Source: the human T2T-CHM13v2.0 reference genome, Homo sapiens. Taken from it: a stretch of 64,000 bases of DNA. Positions within the stretch are counted from its first letter, which is position 1, and each line of letters opens with the position of its first letter. Shown here one piece after another: positions 58,896 to 64,000 of this stretch. The stretch lies in assembly GCF_009914755.1 (NCBI RefSeq), contig NC_060929.1, one strand, 5' to 3'. The position numbers and the translations under genes are program-made. A model generated the notes under the pieces. The model had not been told where the DNA came from. It saw nothing but the letters and a program-made list of their open reading frames with translations, and made no database searches.

Positions 58896-59863
58896 AGACA
58901 TGCTTATGAGCATCTGTGGATTCGGTCTCTAGTTCTGATTCTACCACCTTTAGCTCTTGTGGCTCTAAAAGTTTCAAGAGACCCCACTTGCCTTTCTGCA
59001 GAATGAGAGGGTCAGACTGGCTAACTCCTAAGATCTTTTCAAATTTTCGAAATCTTTGATTCTAGTTATATCAAATGAAGTTCTTTGTTGAAGATCATAT
59101 AATACCAAGTCCGAAGCAGGCTTCAAGGCCTTTTTGCCTAACTCTGTCATTCAGTGGAAGAGGAAATTAAGGCCTCAATAGATTAAATGATATGGCTTTC
59201 CCAGTGTCACACAGATACTCCTGGCAATGCCTGGAAGTGTAGTTTTGTTTGTTCCTCTGCCTATTACACTGTTCAGTGGGTTGTCAGCTGTTAAATAAGA
59301 ATAATATTTTCTATAATGGACCTATTTCACTGGGGAAATGTTAATGAGCTGGAAAATACTGAGCTTTTCAGAATAAAGATATTTTTATTATTGTGTTTGA
59401 TTTATGATAAAAATATTCTGTAAATGTTTTCTTTTGAAGTTACGTATTATTACATCTAAATATTTTTCTCTAAATATTTATTAATAGTAGTGCCAATATA
59501 GATACATAGTAATATTTTGTTATAAATTCTGTATTTGAGAGTAACATATGAATATGGTAATCAAATAATACAGATGAGATGAAAAATTTCTTACCCACTC
59601 TTCTCCATTCCGAATTATGTTTTCCAAAGAAAACATCTTTAAGCTGTTACTTTAAAATTGTTTTTGAAGATTACCTTGATAATTTAGATAATGTGCTTAT
59701 TCCTGTACTCCTCCATAAATCAATAGATTATACCCATAGACTTCCTATTAAGAAAGTCAAGACTTTTAACTCATTTACCTTACTCTTATATCTCTATCTT
59801 CCATGTCTAAGTTAGATACGTATATTTAGTTTTTCTAAATCTTTGTAACTTTAAATAATATAA

Positions 59864-60208
<345 letters not shown>

Positions 60209-61689
60209 TGATCTCTTTCTTTGTAAAATGAGTACGTCTATGTAAAAGTACAACCCCTACTCTTTTCTCATTTTTCCTTTCCTGCTTCTACATCCGCCTA
60301 TCAGCTATACTTTTGCTATTACATTATCAAGGTTAGCATTTACGTTCCTTTCTGTAACCACATATGTTTCTCCTATGCTTGTTTTAGATTTTAAAAACCA
60401 ATGAAACAATGCTTAACATTTTCTCTTTAAAGAATGCTTTGGGACCCCAGATATTCTGTGCAAATAGATGTTTTGTAAAAACAGAAGTTGGAAACTTGCC
60501 AGCTAGGCAATTTTGGATTAAAAATTGCGTTTATTTGAATTATGATGGGAGATAAATGCACTATTCTGCACTTTCTTTTTTTAAATGACAATATAATTAA
60601 ATTGCCAGAAAGTATCATGAATATTTTTAATTTTTTAAAAAACCATGTTAATTTTTATTAAATCAGAATTTCTGGTTTGGTTCAAAAGATCTGATTTGAC
60701 ATTGCATTAAATTGTATTTCTTTAGGAGTCTTGATATTGACTCTTTAACTGTTTCACTCACTGCATTTGGTAAAATTCTACTTTTAATATGTTTCTGCTG
60801 TGCGATGCTTAAAATTATTCCATGTAATTAATCAGAACCTTATTGTAAATCATGCTAGTGTCACACCAAAAATATTTTATTATTGTTAAAAGCGTTAAGT
60901 ATGGTAGTTGGTTTGTGATGAAGGGGAAATCTTAATCCTAGTATTCTCCCTTGTACTGAATTATGCTATGTCCAGTGAAGCTTGTTGGAGGTTTCTGTGG
61001 GTTTTGGGTCAAGTGTGTCAATATTTTAAAATTATTATAACACCTCTAATACATTGTGTGTTTTTTTGTGGTCATATTTTTCAGTATGGTTGCTAGGAAG
61101 TGTTTGTATAGCAGTGACTACAAGTCTCTATGCCTTTTTGATGAAAATATATTCTTGACCTTCCTTACCTATTTAGCATTTTATATCTCACAGACATAAA
61201 TCTCGGAGCTAAGCTTAGCTCACATAGCTCTGTATATTTTCACTTTCCCAAGGGTAGCTATATCATGTCTGAGGTAAGAAGATCAATACAAAATAGGATT
61301 CTCTAAGTAAGGGCTAAACCAGCAGCAAATATAGCCCTGACAAAGCATTTAGTGGCTTCCTGTTTGTGATATTCGTCGACGCTAGAATGCTGACTAATAC
61401 CAGGATTTGAGCTCCGCAGAGAACTATATGGGAGCAACATATCTGAGACAGTCTTTATACTTGTCATGGTGTCTGGAGGTTTTTATTTTTACAATAGATT
61501 GCAGTGGAATTCCCCTTTAAGGCTCTTAACTCCTGATTTAATCACATTTCTCATTATGACAAAATTTATTATGAACTAGTATCACTATAGTTTCATGGTC
61601 TCTCCTAGATTATGAACTCCTGAAGAATATTGATTATTTTCTTTATATCTTTAAGAATGTACTGCAGGATGTTTCTTATAAATGAGATA

Positions 61690-61890
61690 TTTGGCAAATG
61701 CTTATTTTCTGTCTGATACTGTGCTAAACTCTTTATATGCATTATTATTATTATTCTTATTTTAATTCTCAGAATAACTCCATGAGGTTTAGTCCTATTT
61801 CACAGATGAGTAACTTAAGGAAAAGAGAGCTTAGGTCACTTGACCAAAGGCATACAGCTAGTTAAATGATGCAGCTAGGATTGGTCTGTG
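61690..61890 (-). mobile_element. MIR
   Basis: atactgtgctaaac ... atttcacagatgagtaact ... cacttgacca ... cagctagttaaatg. Confidence 0.75.
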
Positions 61891-61899
61891 TGCCTGAAT

Positions 61900-64000
61900 T
61901 CTTCCAGATTGTCATGTAGTTGGACTCATACAGTATGTAGCCTTTTAAGATAGTTTCCTCCAGTTAGTAATATGCATTTAAGTTTTTGCCATGTGTTTTC
62001 ATGGCTTCATAACTTATTTCTATCTAGTGTTAAATAATATTTCATTGCCTCGACGTACTACAGTTCATTTATTCACTTACCTACTGAAGGACATCTTGGA
62101 TGCATCCAAGTCTTGATAATTATGAACAAAGCTGCTATAAACACCCAGGTACAAGATTTGTGTGGACATACATTTTTATGTTTTCTGGGTAAATACCAAG
62201 AGGTGAGATTGCTGGATCATATGGTCAGAGTTATATTTAGTTCTATAACAAACTGCTAAACTGTTCTATTTTGCATTGCCATCAGCAATGAATGAGAGTT
62301 CCTGTTGCTCCACATCCTTGTCAGCATTTGGTGTTGTCAGTGTTTTAGATTTTGGCCATTCTTAGATGTGTGTAATGGTATCTTGTTTTAACCTGTGGTT
62401 CCCTAATGACATGATGTTGAACATCTTTTCATATGTTTATTAGTCATTTGTATATCTTCTGTGGTATCTATTCAGGTCTTTGGCCTATTTTTTAACCAGG
62501 TTGTTCATTTTTTTATTGTTGAGTTTTAAGAGATTTTTGCATATTTTGGATGAGATTCCTTTATCAGATGTGTCTTTTGCAAATATCTTCTCCCAGTCTG
62601 AGGCTTGTCTTCTTATTCTCTTGACATTGTATTTTGCAGAGCAGAACTTTTAAAATTTAATGAAACACAACTTATTAATTCTTTCTTCATAGATTATGCC
62701 TTTGGTGTCGTATCTAAAATGTTATTGCCATGTCCAAGGTCATCTAGATTTTGTCCTATGTTATCTTTCAGGAGTTTTATAGTTTTGTGTTTTACACTTA
62801 GGTCTATTATTTATTTTGAGTTAATTTCTTTGAAGGGTATAAGGTCTATGTCTCGATTGATTTTTTCATGTTTGGATGTCCAGTTTTCAACCACTTGTTG
62901 AAAAGACTATCTTTGCTCCATTGTATTGTCTTTGCTCCTTTGTCAAAGGTTCTTTGACTATATTTATTCAGGTCTATTTCTGGGCTATCTATTCTGTTCC
63001 ATTAATCCATGTGTTTTATTCTTTCACCAATACAACACTGTCTTGATTACTGTAGCTTTATAGTAAGCCTGGAGGTTGGGTAGTCTCAGACTTCCAACTC
63101 TGTTCTCCTCCTTCAATATTATGTTGGCTACTCTGGGTCTTTTGCCTCTGGAACAAACTTTAGAATCAATTTATTGATATCCACAATATAACTTGCAGTG
63201 ATTTTGATTAGAATTGCATCGAATCTATATATCAATTTGGGAAGAACTGACATCTTGACAATATTGAATCTTCCTATTTATAAACATGGGATAGCTCTAT
63301 TTATTTAGTTATTTGATTTCTTTCATCAGAGTTTTGTAGTCTTTCTCACATAGACCTTGTACATACTCGTTAAATTTAGATCTAAATATTTAAATTTGGG
63401 GAGGAGTTAATGTAAATGATAATGTGTTGTAAATTTCAAATTTTACTTGTTCCTTGTTAGTGTATATGGAAAAGTGATTGACTTTTGTGTGTTAATCTTG
63501 TGTTCTGCAAACTTGCTATACTTGTTTTTCAGTTTCAGAAGGATTTTTGTTGTTCTTTTGAAATTTTTCTATAGATGATGAAGTCGTCTGTGAACAAAGA
63601 CAGTTTTATTTCTTTCTTCTTAATCTGTATACCTTTTATTTCCTTTACTTTTTTTGCATTTGCTAGAACTTCCAGTATGATTTTGAAAATAAGGTGAAAG
63701 GGACATACTTGCCTTGTTCTGATCTTACTAGGAAAGCTTAAGAGTCTCTCACCATTAAGTGATGTTAGCTGTAGGTTGTTTTTTGGTAATGTTCTTTACC
63801 AAATTGAGGAAATTCCCCTGCATTTTTAGTGTGCTGAGAGGTTTTGTCATGACTGGGTATTAGATTTACCAAACATTTTTCTGCACCTATTGATATGATC
63901 ATGTGATTTTTCTTCTTCAGCCTGTTGATATGATGTGTTATATTAATTGATGATTGAATGTTGCCTTGCATGTCTGGGTTAAATGTCACTTGGTCATGAT
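61900..64000 (-). mobile_element. L1MC/MD-type element, running off the window end
   Basis: Antisense 3' UTR (atacagtatgtagcctttt; cacttacctactgaaggacatcttgg) followed by degraded ORF2 ([20 protein letters not shown]). Confidence 0.9.

Noticed and set aside
60914-60960. C/D snoRNA-like GTGATGA ... CTGA
   Set aside because: The span is only about 45 nt, with no convincing terminal stem or rRNA-complementary guide.

Overview
AT-rich, CpG-depleted primate genomic DNA (AluY/AluS/AluJ, L1PA and THE1 are present, so very probably human). I find no host protein-coding exon, CpG island, structural RNA gene or CRISPR array. A large share of the window is interspersed repeat: 12 Alu-family copies, a 5'-truncated dead L1PA, older L1M pieces, many L2/MIR relics, MaLR solo LTRs (MLT1, MST, THE1) and DNA-transposon MITEs (MER102, MER47). 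The only protein-like ORFs are broken L1 ORF2 fragments; the others are Alu-derived or chance ORFs. Eleven of 12 Alus and most long L1s lie on the - strand and the + strand carries the long poly-T tracts, which suggests (inference) an intron of a large + strand gene that I cannot name. I see no convincing new biological system. The best leads are a tail-to-tail L2 hairpin built like miR-95/miR-421 (14153-14263), two Sox-Oct composite motifs, a CTCF motif inside a MER102, an NBRE/MEF2 cluster, several perfect short palindromes, a possible hairpin-masked poison exon and an inverted Alu pair. Repeat subfamily names come from recalled consensus sequences, and boundaries of old repeats are approximate.
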